From NCBI RefSeq assembly GCF_018350175.1, contig NC_058368.1, forward strand, positions 132,124,001-132,188,000: 64,000 bases of DNA, read 5' to 3'. Position numbers and translations under genes: made by a program. This DNA comes from Felis catus (lineage: Eukaryota). Of the stretch, positions 1 to 13,317 are shown one piece after another. Every line of letters starts with the position of its first letter. The stretch's first letter is position 1. The notes beneath the pieces were generated by a model. It did not search any database. It saw only the letters and a list, made by a program, of their open reading frames with translations, and was not told where the DNA came from.

Positions 1-102
1 AGCAGGCTCTATGCTGACAGCAGATAGCCTGACTCTACAAACCATAAGATCATGACCTGAGCTGAAGTCGGACCCTTAACCAACTAGCCACCCAGGCGCT
101 CC
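1..102 (-). mobile_element. SINEC (Can-SINE), partial at window edge
   Basis: Reverse complement of the tRNA-derived head (gatcatgacctgagctgaagtcgg...ccacccaggcgc). Confidence 0.9.
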
Positions 103-330
103 CACATTCTGTTTATTTATCTGTCCACAGCACTTAGGTTGCTCCCACATTTTGACTACTGTGAATAATGCTTCTATGAACAAAAGTAAAAGAAATATCT
201 CTTGGAGTTTTTCTTTCCAATTATTTTGAACATACACCCAAACATAGAATTCCTGGAACATATGGTTAACCCTACATTTACTTGCTGAGGAGCATGCATA
301 CTGTTTTTCAGAGACTGTGGCCTTCCTATC
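103..330 (-). mobile_element. Old L1 fragment
   Basis: cacttaggttgctcccacattttgactactgtgaataatgct is typical reverse-strand L1 3' region. Confidence 0.65.
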
Positions 331-1029
331 CCTGCAGTTGTGGTAGGCAGGGACTTCTGCTCTTGAGTTTCCCTGTTTTTGCCTGAGCCACCTTATTTAG
401 CCCCTGACTCTGCTTCTTTTCCATGATGGAGAGTACTAATGCGAATTTCAGGATTTTGTTGGATTTTGTTGACTCACCTTCTTTTTTACCTACCATTTAT
501 GATGGGTGGGGGAGACATTAGAAGCTGTATCTAACTGTGGGCTGCACCAGACTTTTCCTCAGGGACCATTTTTCAATACTGGCAGCAGAAAATTATTCTG
601 CCTCTCTAATTTGTTTGCTGCTGGCTTATTATTATTGTCATTATTTGTTTGTTTCATTTTGTTAGGTGGGAGGAAGAGAGCTTCCACCTTATTGCTTCAC
701 TCTGTCATCTTATCCTGGAAATCTGTTTCTTCAGTTTTTGCTTAAAATTGTAATTTATCTTCTATACAATTTCAGAGGTGGTACGTGTCATGAAAGAGAC
801 TGCAACTTCAGGCTAAAACATTGTTTTAAAATTATTTGTGGGTTATCATATTTTTCATGGCTTGTCAACAGAGTAAAAAGTTCATTTTAATTACACTAAC
901 CCCTCTCAGCAGGAGCTGTTACAATTTCCTTTATATGGCAACGCAGGTTCTGTGGGTTTGAATACCTTTGCTTTCATGAATAATTCAAGAAGGCAGTTAA
1001 TAAAGATGAGTAATTGTCCATATGCAATT

Positions 1030-1740
1030 GGGGGTAAAATGATGGGAGATTATTCACGCTTTTCCCAACAGAGCTATGATATCATTTGGCCAGGCTTCTT
1101 CAGGCTCCCTTGCAATGCAAGAGGACTTTGATGGTTATTTACACAAATTTTTGCTCTAAACTTGGATGAGACTAAATAAAGCATTTCTTAGACTGTAGAT
1201 ATATGCTCATCAGGCCTCATCAAGGAAAGCTTTAAGTGATTAGCTCCCAAATATTGGGCTTCAAACTCATGGTAGCCCCAGGTGAGGCTTTCAGAGACCT
1301 GATATAGTCCCTTAGACCTACAAATAGCTGATCCCTGCCTCTCGTGGCAGAGGCAGCTTCCAGTAGAGAGGCAAAAATACTGCAGGCCGTTTCTGTCTTA
1401 CAGGTACTAGGTATGGAGTGTGGCTCAGTTCTGGCCACTGCGTCCTAACGGCAAATTTGCTGGGGGTCTGTGAACACTCTTCCTCCCTGAAACTGACACA
1501 CCAGCAGAAGTAGCCTCTCATCTTCGCTAGCTGCTGGCTCTTCTATGTGTGCCTTACTTGTCACTGTCCGACAGATGCAGGGAGCCATGGACACCTAGAG
1601 ACAGGGAGAGGGGGAAGGTGGGAGTGGAGCCCTTGGGTCCTTCAGGACCTTGTAGAACAGTAGGCTTCACTCTGGAACTATCCTGCCTTTAGTGCTTAAA
1701 TCACTTGTTTAGTTGTGTGTATTTGCAGCAGAAAGTCTTA
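1030..1740. mobile_element. Degenerate MLT1-like (ERVL-MaLR) LTR
   Basis: LTR-like 3' end (cttaaatcacttg...gtgtgtatttgcagcagaaag); weak, boundaries uncertain. Confidence 0.35.
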
Positions 1741-3185
1741 TTTGAAAATATGTTAAATGCAAAAATAAGGACAATGTAGTGACTTCTACTAAAGTGAAAT
1801 GTACTTAGTTTTTTGGAGTTAAAATGTACTTTCTTTTACAAAGGTGCCTTTTATGGTAATAGTAACTGATAGATTTTTTTATTTTATTTTTTTTAATATC
1901 CTTACTTGGCAAAGTAAAAAGTTAGCAATTCTACATCAGAATCCAAAGTAGTTTTGAAATTTTACTGGTCCATGAAATCTGAAAGTCTGGGAACCACCGT
2001 TCTGACTTGAGAAAAACTCATTCTTGGACTGGGACTCAGAATTCATTTTTAGCCCAGTTGCTTTCCTTTCTGGCCACTCTTTACCAGGACTTGTGAGTCC
2101 AACTCTTGCCCTTCACTCCGTTTCCTGCTTAGAAAGAAGAGAAAGGAAAGGGAAGAACAGTTCCCTAAGCTTTAGCTTTTTTGACTATGATATCAGTACA
2201 CTTTTGCTCTCTCTTCACTCTCCATACACACCCCAACGCCCCCTTCCCATATACGCTGACACATGCACACACACAGACGCACACACACACTTACTATGGG
2301 GATGAACTCTTCTTACCATGTACCTACCCATCACCTATATTCACCAGTTGTTAACACTGGCTCTATTTGTTTTATTATTCTCTTTCTACACTATCCCATT
2401 AAAAAAAAAATCAGTTTTCAGAAAGCAATTTGTTAACATCACAACACTTCCCTACAAAAATAACTTTTAATTATGTATTTTAATCCACATTTGAGCCTGG
2501 CTATACTTACTAACGGTTATGGCTGGAAATTTTGCAATGGACTTGGAGACTGAAGGAGAAGTTTGAGAGACGTGTCATTAACCAGGGTAGCTTTTGACAT
2601 GCTGATAGTAAAGAAAAATATGGCTGACGTCATTTGCAGCAACCAGGCAGTTACACCATGGAACACTGTCTTATGTGACTAAAGCTCAGAGCAGCCATGG
2701 GCAGAAGGGCCAGAGGAAATTTGTTTTCTCCATGAGTTACTTGTTTTTATAATACTCTTCTGGGACCAAGAAGCAGAGACCTGGATGTTCCTCTTCCCAA
2801 ATGTGATTGGCAGCAGAAAACAGTACAGGCAGTGGTGGTGTAAGAGTTGTTTTCTCATAAATCCTGGTCTTCTGCAGGCCTGCGAGGCTCAACCTGCCAG
2901 AAGAGGCATCTCTCAACTTCTCCCAGCCCCAGTTTCCTCCTCTAGAAAATCAATAATGATGACAAGATCAGGGACAGAATGCACCTATAATAATACTGCC
3001 TGGAGTAGAGCCCATAATAGGTGCACATTAAGTGGTGTGTACAATTATGATTACTTTCCCCAAATCTGGTGACAGTACTGAGCAAATTCAATTTTACAAT
3101 GAAAATATAAATATCTTGTTAACAGTAGCTAGCTGTTTTTTTTAAGAGTCTTTATCTTTTAGAGATACATTCCAAAGTATATATA

Positions 3186-3391
3186 TTTTAAAGTTTATCA
3201 ATTTTTGACACAAAGAGAGACAGAGCACAAGCGGAGGGGGGCAGAGAGAGAGGGAGACACAGAGACTAAAGCAGGCTTCAGGCTCTGAGCTGTCAGCACA
3301 GAGCCCAATGTGGGGCTCAAACTCAGGGACTGCAAGATCATGACCTGAGCCGAAGTTGGACACTCAACCAACTGAGCCACCCAGGCCCCCC
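3186..3391 (-). mobile_element. SINEC with TSD ACATTCCAAAGTAT, inserted in an old L1 3' UTR (continues to ~3585)
   Basis: Full SINEC body and flanking direct repeat. Confidence 0.9.
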
Positions 3392-3726
3392 AACATTCCA
3401 AAGTATTTAAAGGTGAAATGATATGATGTCTGCTTCTGCTCAGATATGGCACAGTAGAGGAGAAGGGCAGATGGAAACAAAACTGTTCATGTTGCTAATT
3501 GTGGAGGCTGGGTGACGGAGGAATCATTAAACTGGTCTCTCTACTTTTGCATAGGTGTGACATTTTCCAAAGTAAATAAAAACAAAAACAGACAAACAGA
3601 AGTTGGTGATTTCTTGCCTAAGTGAAGGACGTTAAATTGCATATTTTCAACACTATAAGAAACACCTCTCATTTCTCAGCAGCCCTTGCTCTTGTAGAGG
3701 ACATTGCATTAAATAAACACATAACA

Positions 3727-3925
3727 GGGGTGCCTGGGTGGCTCAGACAGTTAAGCATCCAACTTAGGATCAGGTCATGATCTCACGGCATGAGTTTGAG
3801 CCCCGCATGGGCTCTGTGCTGACAGCATAGAGCCCGCTTCAGATTCTCTGTTCCCCCAACCCCTGCTCCTCTCCTGCTCTCAATCTCTCTCTCTCTTAAA
3901 AATAAATAATACATTTAAAAATAAA
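3727..3925 (+). mobile_element. SINEC
   Basis: ggggtgcctgggtggctcag head, (CT)n region, A-rich tail. Confidence 0.9.
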
Positions 3926-5409
3926 TATACATAATAACTCACTCTCTTCTTCATTAGAACTCCCTGAAGGGGCCCCGTCTATCTGTCTTATCAGGGTTTT
4001 TCTCCTAGTTAATTACCAGCAACTGAATTATTATGAAGTTGATAAAAAAGACCAATCTGGTTAAACTATTGGTGGGGGGGATATAAACAAGTTTAAAGTG
4101 AAGTTTTCTTGATTCATAGTGATAATGGACTCCAACAGTGTCCCTGACCATGGCTGTCACAGTTAATTTTGAGAAACAAGAATTCCTTGCCACCCAAGGA
4201 GACTCTTTTAAAGTTGTTTAGAGAGAGAGGGTGTGAATTTAAAATGATTTGGTTGGGGGAGGGGTAGCATAAGGGATGTAAAAAGTGTGGATTGTGAGGC
4301 ATGTTCCAGCAAAAATGTTGGGGAAAAAAAACATTGATTTTGATCTTGATATATGAGTATCTGTTTTATAACAAACCCAGGGTGAAAATTCATACTTCAA
4401 AGTTTGATGAATAGGGAGTAACTATCCTCTTCAAGAGACGTACTCTCAGAATTCCTTAAGAGTCTCTGTTTACATATCTGTTTACGTATCATTAACAACT
4501 TCCTTGAAAACTCTAGGAGGAAGACGGGCCATGGCGGAAGATACTGGAAACTGGATTGTTAGCCCAACACAGACAGTTAAAGACCAGGCTCATCTCGGAA
4601 TTATGTGAGCAAATGGAAAATGATTCAAGCTACGTAAGTGGAACAGAAGCAGAACTGTGTAAGTAGGGGCCCATCTGTATGGTCGCTGACTCCGTGGTAA
4701 AGAAGTAGAGCTCCAAGTCCCGCACACTCAGCCACAGCTTCACTAATGTTGCTGACAGACCCTGGTTAATTAGCCCTCTGGAAGATCAGGTTTAGTTTTT
4801 TCTTCAGAGACTCCAGGAAGGAGAATCCTCTAAGGACAGCTGTGTGCTAACTTCTGGACTCCGAGAAGTGGCTTGGCTTCCTGAATTGAAGGGTTACTCA
4901 ACCCTGGGAGGTCAGAGATCTTTCTTCTCCTTAATAGATAACATGCCATTTAGGTGGTCCAATCTTTCAGCCAATTTTAGAATTTGCAGTAGTAAAACAT
5001 TTAGTGAAATGTTATATTAATTTTAAGTTGGATTGTAAAACAGTGCCCACAGTTTTTAGACAAAACACCAGCACTTTTCTATGCAAATAAGTGAAATCCG
5101 TTAAAGTAGTCACTCAAAGCATATTTGGAGTTCCTCTTGTGGAATCACCTGGGGTCAGTTTGTAAAACACATAAGATATTTGTAGCCAAAATGAGTATAT
5201 GCAGGTTACTCACCAGATTTGGTTTTGGGCTTTTGCAAAATTCAAATCCATTCTACCCTGGGAGATAGTCCAAACGAACAATTTAAAAACCGTCTTGAAT
5301 GATGATTTTACTCTTACAATGAGTACAGAGTCATCTCCAGTGATTACTTTGAAGGGTACAACACTCCTCTGGAGTGTTAAGTTCTAATGTATTGATTTAA
5401 AAAGCCAGT

Positions 5410-5528
5410 GGGGCCTGTCTGGCTTAGTCAGAAGAGCTTGTAACTCCAGATCTGGGGATCGTGAGTTCCAGCCCCAAGTTGGGTATAGAGATTACTTAAA
5501 AATGAATAAATAAACTTAAAAAAAAAAG
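5410..5528 (+). mobile_element. Short-form SINEC
   Basis: tRNA-like head then A tail without (CT)n; TSD aaaagccag. Confidence 0.8.
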
Positions 5529-5832
5529 CCAGACATAAGAGACGGTTGGTACATGTACTTTCTCTAGTTGACATCAAATGTGGCATGAAATAAAACAGTG
5601 TGTCTCCTTCTGTTTCCCTGCAGCAAAAGTTTGCCACATTGGTGGGAAGTTGGACCCTAAGTGTAGTAGGTAATAACATCTTCCTAGCTTACATTCAGAA
5701 AATCTTCAAAACTAAATGTGGCTATAGTTTAATAACGCTTCAAAATTTCAGTATACATTTTTTAATCTCAAAATAAAATATTTAATTTCTCAATTTTGCT
5801 TTTTTCTGTGTGAAAGTTTAAAATTATGAATC

Positions 5833-5986
5833 AGGGTGCCTGGGTGGCTCAGTTGGTTGAGTGTCTGACTTCAGCTCAGGTCATGATCTTGCGGTTTCTG
5901 AGTTTGAGCCCTGCAATGGGCTCTAGGCTGTCAGTGCAGAGCCCACTTCAGATCCTCTGTCCTCCTCTCTCTGCCTTTCCCCACTG

Positions 5987-6034
<48 letters not shown>

Positions 6035-6280
6035 AATAAACTTAAAAAAAAATAAAATAAGATGCGCCTGGATAGCTCAGTTGCTTAAGCATCCGACTTC
6101 AGCTCAGGTCATGATCTCACTATTTGTGAGTTCAAGCCCCGCATCAGGCTCTGTGCTGACAGCTCAGAGCCTGGAGCCTGCTTCAGATTCTATGTCTCCC
6201 TCTCTCCCTTCCCCTCCCCAACTCTCTCTCTCTCTCAAAAATAAATAAACATTAAACAAATTTTAAAAAATAAAATAAAA
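5833..6280 (+). mobile_element. Two tandem SINECs (5833-6060, 6061-6280)
   Basis: Two heads, two (CT)n/A tails; outer TSD aaaattat(g/a)aatca. Confidence 0.9.
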
Positions 6281-6507
6281 TTATAAATCAAATTATTTCT
6301 TATTGCAGTTAGTTTGGCTGAGAACATCTTTTGTTTTGCTGCCCACTTTAATTCAGACTCCTATTTTAGCCACTTCTGTGTGTGTTTTTCCAGTGTGTCA
6401 AAGAATATTCTTGTATGTATTTATTATCTAGATACCTAGGATGATTTCCCAGAGACTATTTTTTTGAAGTTGAGATGTCTTCCTCCTTTATCTTTTTAAA
6501 AAAAAAT

Positions 6508-6613
6508 TTTAAGATTTTATTTGTAAGTAACCTCTACACCCAACATGGGGCTTGAACCTACAACCCTGAGATCAAGAGTCTCATGCTCCACTGACTGAGC
6601 CAGCTAGGTGCCC
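6508..6613 (-). mobile_element. Short-form SINEC
   Basis: gagatcaagagtctcatgctccactgactgagccagctaggtgcccc. Confidence 0.85.
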
Positions 6614-7734
6614 CTCCTTTGTCTTTATAATCATAAATACACAGCACCAGTGATTTTTATATTTACAATAATGTACCCCCTAAAACAGAAACTAAATGTC
6701 TATTCATTTACATCAGATTAATTTGAATCCTTAAAAATAAAATACCAAAATTGATGATAGGGAAGAGAACAGTATATTTATTAGTTGCCTTTAGACCACA
6801 AAAACATTTCCTAGGGTATTTAAGCTTTAGTTGTCCTTCTCCCCAGCCGTTGGCTGGGGAGAAGTTGGGGCAGAGGGGCAGAGGCACACGAGGTCCATCT
6901 TGCCAGGCTGAGTCAGGCCAATGCAGCTGCTGGCCTGGGCACAAGCGTGGGCGGCCACCTGTGGCTCCCGGCACAGCTGTTTGGTAGAGGGCCAGCCAAA
7001 GCCCGGTCGGTGGGGTGGAGGCAGGTGGCCAGTTGGGCGGCCAATACATTCTGGCATGGGCTGAAAGAACACCTGGTTCCACTCTGTGGACCCACCACAG
7101 AAGGTCAAAGAATGTGCCTGCTGGCAGCAACCTGATGGTCCAGCTCTGGCTGAAACAGAGAAACCCACCTTTCTTGAAACTTACCCGAAGCCAACACGGG
7201 AATCATTCTGCTCTAGTTGTGTTGAAATAGGTCAGTGAGGCCATCTGGCATGTCTGGAAATGGTGTGGGGGGCTGTCAGACAGGAACAGGCTCTGTGATT
7301 CAAAACAGGACATTTCAGGGGAGGTGAGAGCTTTCTCTTGTGTTTGGCTGCTAACTGCCATTGCAGACACCATCCATCCTTGAATATCTCTGACCTTCAT
7401 TTTCCTCCTCTCCCCATGAACTCTAACTACATGCTTAGAAACCACTCTGGGTCCCCACATATAATTTTGTCACCAGACATAGGAATTTTCATAGTGAACA
7501 CCACCACCGACAGAGACAAGAGCCCAAAGTTCACCCTTCCCTGACCCCTGAAATCCCTCCCAAGGCCTCAGGCCCACTGTTTCCCAGGAAGAAGGACCCC
7601 ATTTCTTCTGGTCTGGGGAGTCATTTTCTCTCTGGTAGAGGAGCATCCTTCCAAATTTCCCAGTCCTTGATGCAGACCAGGCAGCTCCCTTTCATGCGCC
7701 AGAGAGGTGACACTCCCCTCACTGGTTCTGTGAC

Positions 7735-7900
7735 CCCCTAGCAACTTATTCAACCTCTCTGAGCCCAGAAAGGCTTGTAAATAGGGATTGGCAGTATAGT
7801 CCTCATAGTTTTGTTGTAACCCATTCAATGAAAAAACATACATTTAGTGCCTAGCATAGAACTTGCATACAAGAGGTACCTAGCAAATAATGGTTGCATA
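7735..7900. mobile_element. MIR remnant
   Basis: gcaacttattcaacctctctgagcc...tttagtgcctagcatag core similarity. Confidence 0.55.
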
Positions 7901-10129
7901 AATAAGTGACCTTCGTTTGTGCCACTCTCTAGACACAGAGTGGACTGGCTTTGGTTTAGACCTTCCTGCTGACACATTTGCTTGGGATCTTAGGGGCCTC
8001 ATCTCTATTACTGCCCTGTAGGCTCATAAGGTAGCCTGCTATTCACAAATGCCCTCGCTGGGGGGAAAAAGCAGACCCTTCCAAGAATTACATTGGCCTT
8101 GAGCTAGTAGAAGCTAGTACTGTTGAGCCATTGACCTGAAGGCAGTCTGACTTTTGGGAGGCCTGCAGCTGGTGGGATAACTTGCCTCCTTTTATATGAA
8201 ACCCAAGTTCAGGTATCCAAGTCAAGGTCCAAGAAGAGATCTCTGGATTGAATTTCACAAACCTTAAGGTTTGGAGCAATAAAATCTGACTGGTCAGGCA
8301 TGATGTTCCATACCCTGAGGTGACTAAGAATATTCAGGCTCCCTAATTCTTGGGTTTGTGACATCATGTGCTATTTGGCCCTTGTGTAACTACACAACAT
8401 CGTTCTAGCAAAGATAGATATTGCCCTGGAAATTATCTTTCATCATCTATGCAGCCCAAGGTTTTCAGTGGGGTTCGGGGAGCCATCAACCAAGAGATAA
8501 TACAAGCTTAACCTTGGTTCTCTGACAGAGTGGAGCCAGCCCTCAAAATGCCATTCGACTTTGGGCCTCAGATACCATCTGTGGATGAAATGAGGGACCA
8601 GGAATGCTAGAAATAACCCTCTGAGAAAAAAGATGGGAGAAAAGACCGTTTTCCTTTTAAGTTACAGCTTGAGGTTTTCAAGGCTGAGGCACAAACCATT
8701 TTGAACAGCTGTTCTTTTCGAAAACATATGTTAGTTTATTCCACACATTCTGATGATACGAATGAGAAAGAATTCCAAATGCAGCTTATCTGTCACTTTT
8801 TTATTCAGTGACTGATCTTTTCTCTTTTTGCAACCAGTTATTTAGAATTTTCTAGTCCTCCTGGGCTGTAACTTTTTTTTCTTGCTGAAAGTATTTTCCC
8901 TTGACTTTTCAAAGTAATGAATCTTGTCCTAGCCACACAAATTCACATTTTTGTTACAAAGATCAATATCCGACTTTTCTTCCTAATTCACTGGAAAAAT
9001 GTCAAAAAAAAAATGCTCTTTTTGGAGCATAAAAGCTGAAAGTCGATCCTGGTGCTCTCTAGAGACTGGTAGAATCTCCATGGAGAGCAGAGCACTGTCC
9101 TTCGAGTCAGTACCCTAAGTAGGACAGTACCCTTTAGATATTTCAGTGGGAGAAAACAATTAACTAGAAGCTTAAAAACAACTGTAGATGAGAAGACAGA
9201 CTAGCATCTGTGGAATCTAAGCTAAGGCAAACCTCATTTTTTGGTATTCCCCCCTCCCCAGCCCCTAGCAAACTACTCTTTGCAAGTGCAGTGGGAAATT
9301 AAAACAGTTGGTTCCAGAGTCTTCTCATTAACTGAGGATTCATAATACTCCAACTTCTGGCTCCTAGAATGACCTTGGAGAAATACTCCCCAAAACTATC
9401 TAATGGCGGCACCTGATTTCTTCAGGTGAGGTGGAATGTGTGCGCGGGTGGGTATGGAAGGAAGGAAGTGGATTGAAGCACAATCTGCTTAGGTTTTCCA
9501 CATCTTCTTATATGATTGATGAGACTGTCATTATGAACATACACAAATAGCTAAGCATGCAGAAGGGCCACCTTTATGTTAGCTGCTGAGTTTCAAAAAC
9601 TGCTGAGTTACCTTTGCATATGATAATACCCCAGCTCCGCGATGGCTGAACCATTAGTTCAGCCTAAGAGGAAATGTCTGAAGGTGGAAAAGTATGCCCT
9701 TCATGATTCTATGCTCCCTGCTGAATCTGAATAGAAAAATCTTTCAAATATGAATACTTTTGTTCAGCACCTTTTCCACAATGAAATATCTTGCATCCTC
9801 TTCTATGTGAAAGCATTTACATGGAAAGCAAAAGAAGGTGGGGGCAAAAGAGTCATGGGTCAATCTGGACTTCTTTTCTAGTGCTAGAACAGCTGACTAG
9901 TGGCATCTGGGGACAGAGCTCCACCAGGAATATCTAAAGCCCTTGTATTTAATATTACTGAAATACAAATATATGCAATTTCTGAAGACTGTAATAAGGA
10001 TGCATACAACAGATTATCTCTATCCCAGATGCTATCTGGAGAATTTGGATAATGTAGTGTTAGGAAAGGAAAGATCCTCCTACTGAAAGTTTCACACCAG
10101 CTTTTCAGGGAATAGACAACCTTCATCTG

Positions 10130-13100
10130 AATCATTCTTACAAGCTGAATTTTTATTTTCACTAAATTATCTATGTTAAAAAAAAATCTGTGCCTGGTGT
10201 GGAATTTCACTCCATCAAGTGTTACAATGACTTTTTCATTTTTGTTACAAGCAGGAGAATGAATGTAGGACAAGTGTTAGGAAACATGGCAATAAATTAG
10301 AATATAATTTACAAAAGCAAAAAAAAAAGTAACAGTGTACCACATTAATACTGAGTATAAAATAATAAGCAACAACTAATCACAATAATACAAAGGTAAT
10401 TTCATTCTGTATTATTAAGGATACCTATGTGACATTCACTCCAATAAAATTCCTAATGAAATGGACGGTTTGGGGAGTTATATGTATCTCAAGGGCTTTA
10501 ATCAGTTGGGTAGATTTTACCTTTCCTTTTTGGCAGGATATTGTGCTGATGGCAGATACGGTTCTCAGACATAGGGCACCAGTTTCCTTGGGTCTCTCTA
10601 AGTAGTCCGTATAGCACACTACTTTCGGAGGGCCTGCCATGGTGGCTTAGCCTCCACTGACAATCCTATTGCTATTATTTAGGAAGAGAGCATCATGTAG
10701 CCACGTGGTTGACTACAGAGTAGCAGCGGTATTGTGATGTGCTGTAGAATATGATGTGTTCCCCCACTCAGGGGAAACCTTCTGTGCTTGGTTCCTTCTA
10801 GCAGAGTAATCCGATGCTGCGATGCTGCTCCTGGAAGCTCTCTACTCCTGGCCTCGGGACTGGTGCACACTCCTGAGGGAACACTAGCTGCCCCTTCTTC
10901 TAGGGCCAGTCAAGGTGGCCCAAGGCAACAGTCCTCATGATGTTAGTTTCCAGGTGAGGTGAAGAATAGACTCAAGTTAGTCAATTAAGAAATCTTTTTG
11001 GAATAAAACCATGAGCTGATATTTATATTTGGGGAAAGACAGGTCCTGATGGCAAATCTATGCCTAAAATGCCACAGAAACCACCCATCCTTTCTTTATT
11101 CCACCAGGGCACATTAGCACCAATTTAACCACTCTTTACGAGGCACCAAGTGAATTCAGCGCTGGGGGCGCACTGCTCATGGGCTGCCTCCCCCCTCACT
11201 GAATAGATAGCACGCTGGCTGGTCTTCTAAGAGCAGTAAAGAGAGCGGCCCTGGCAATTTTTGGGTATCGTCAGTAGCTTTCTCTGGAAAGCTCAGGGAC
11301 ATGAGCTGTGGTGTTGAGACAGAAAGCAGGTGAGAAAATATTGATGACCATGACTGAGTGTGCAGAACAACAGCCCGTGCTGACTGTCCATAGCAAACCT
11401 GAAGGTTAGGTTGGTTTTTGAAGTCTGTGAGTCTCTTTTCCTTTCTGAAAAAACCTAATCATCTACATTAGGTCATGGTGTAGGTGAAACACCGGACATG
11501 TAGTATGAGAGCACAGTGATGGATTGAAGTCGAACATACTCTTTAACTGCAAGTAGCATCTTTACAAAGTAGCCATTTGGTTGGAGTTTGAGGTGTTCGT
11601 GTAGCATGGTGTACACATCGTGTAGGACACAAAGCACATTCATCAAGAACCTGCTGCAAGCTACAAGTGTTCAAGTACAAAATATATATAAGTACCCTCT
11701 TCTTTTTTGCTTTCTTTTAATCTCGCTGTTGAATCTTTTGATGAGCATGACATGAAACTTGTGGATAGGGAAACTATGAGCTAGTCAATTTAATTTAGGA
11801 TTTTGGATTTGATTCTAGAATTTGACTTGCCCAAGAAACTTGGTTTCACATTTAATTGCCATTCAGAGTATCCATAAAAAATACAAAATAGTTGGTTGAG
11901 TGACTATTAAAATTATGCTTTATGATCTCTAGGCTTCATGAGTTTTTCTTCTTTGGTTGTTATCCCTTGCCTACTTTAAAAACTCACAGAAATAGCACAT
12001 TTATGTGCAAGCACACTCATCTACCCACACACTCAAAAGCGCCCGCTCACACACACACACTTGCTCTCATATAAATAAATGCCCTTCTGCCATATCAAAG
12101 AAGGGACATCTGGAACCCATCACAATTGTCAGCGAAAGGGTCTGCCTGGTTGTTGCCGAGCCAGTCTATCTTTTGCACAGCACCATTTCAGTAAGCTCAA
12201 CATGCATGCAAAAATCCAACGGGGCAGAAGCTGTCCTGTGGCCGGTGAGGTTGTAAACACAACTGAGCTGGGGTGACTCACATAAGGACTCAGGCATCCT
12301 GTGTGATGGCAGCAAAGGGCCCGGTTCTTCAGTCTCTACCATACCCCAGGTCTGGCTTCTGCATGAAACTGAAATGTTTTTCTCTTAAAGTTTTAATGGA
12401 AATCTCAGCTTCACTTGCACAATGGCAAGTTGGCCCCAGTCTCTTAGCACAGAATTTATAGACTTGCACGGCCGCAGTAACTGATGCGCTGCCTTAAACT
12501 GAGTCCTTCCTTGTTGTTCAGTTTAATATAGTTTATATATGGCTCACAGCAGTGTTCAGAACAGGGGGATTAGTCCTAAGGAAATTAAGTGGAATGAAGA
12601 AAAATAATACAAACTTTCATTACTTTTGATTTATAATTGCTCCTTAAATTACAGTTAAAAGCCCGTTTTAGAATTTAAATTGTGGTGCTGTTGTATTGAG
12701 ATAAAGTATAGTAAATATTTTTAAGCTATGACTTAAGATTTCTGAATCTTCTTTACTTCCATAGTTGACCAAGTCATAACAGCTACATTTTAAACGGTTT
12801 TAAATACAAATGGATTCAGTGTCATTGCTAAGTCCATAATAAAAATTATCTTAATGGTCCAAGGAGGTAAACAGGCTATTGGATTTACTCGAAAGAACAC
12901 AAACGCTCCACAGTAAGCAAGTCTCCCTGTGTTGTTTGGATCTCTCCGATCTGGCATTCCCTCCTAATACCGTGTCCAGCACTTTGGATCAATAAATCCC
13001 ACTTCACAGAAGTTAAAATAATATTGAAATCCTGTCAGCTAGGGCTGACCAGTGGTTACGTTTTCCACAGGGTAATGCATTTGCAAGGACATCAATCCTC

Positions 13101-13176
13101 TTCCTCTGGGTGGCTCTCTTTGATGGACGCATTTCCACGATGAAATGACAAGGCTCCCTCTCTGGCTCTCCACGGG
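10130..13176 (-). other. ADAMTS6: ADAMTS6 3' UTR (~3 kb; 3' end approximate)
   Basis: Stretch after the stop codon with no recognisable interspersed repeats, U-rich on the minus strand near its end, ending at an AATAAA. Confidence 0.7.
10152..10157 (-). terminator. Probable polyadenylation signal AATAAA of ADAMTS6
   Basis: + strand TTTATT; followed on the minus strand by a GU-containing segment (GGTTGTCT); alternatives are ATTAAA at 9948-9953 and AATAAA at 11095-11100. Confidence 0.55.

Positions 13177-13317
<141 letters not shown>

Noticed and set aside
2625..2632. Perfect CRE palindrome TGACGTCA
   Set aside because: A single 8-mer is not unexpected in 64 kb; no supporting context.
3727..3800. 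tRNA-like A/B-box sequences throughout the window
   Set aside because: They are heads of tRNA-derived SINECs, not tRNA genes.
4531..4608. Strong Kozak gccATGG opening a 25-aa ORF (MAEDTGNWIVSPTQTVKDQAHLGIM)
   Set aside because: Short, no recognisable homology, no TSD/poly(A) or promoter context.
6708..7230. Several overlapping ORFs (61-140 aa) on both strands
   Set aside because: Expected from locally high GC content and stop-codon scarcity; no protein similarity recognised.
11158..11175. CTCF-like GCGCTGGGGGCGCACT in the 3' UTR
   Set aside because: Only the 3' half matches the core motif; cannot be supported without a PWM score or ChIP data.
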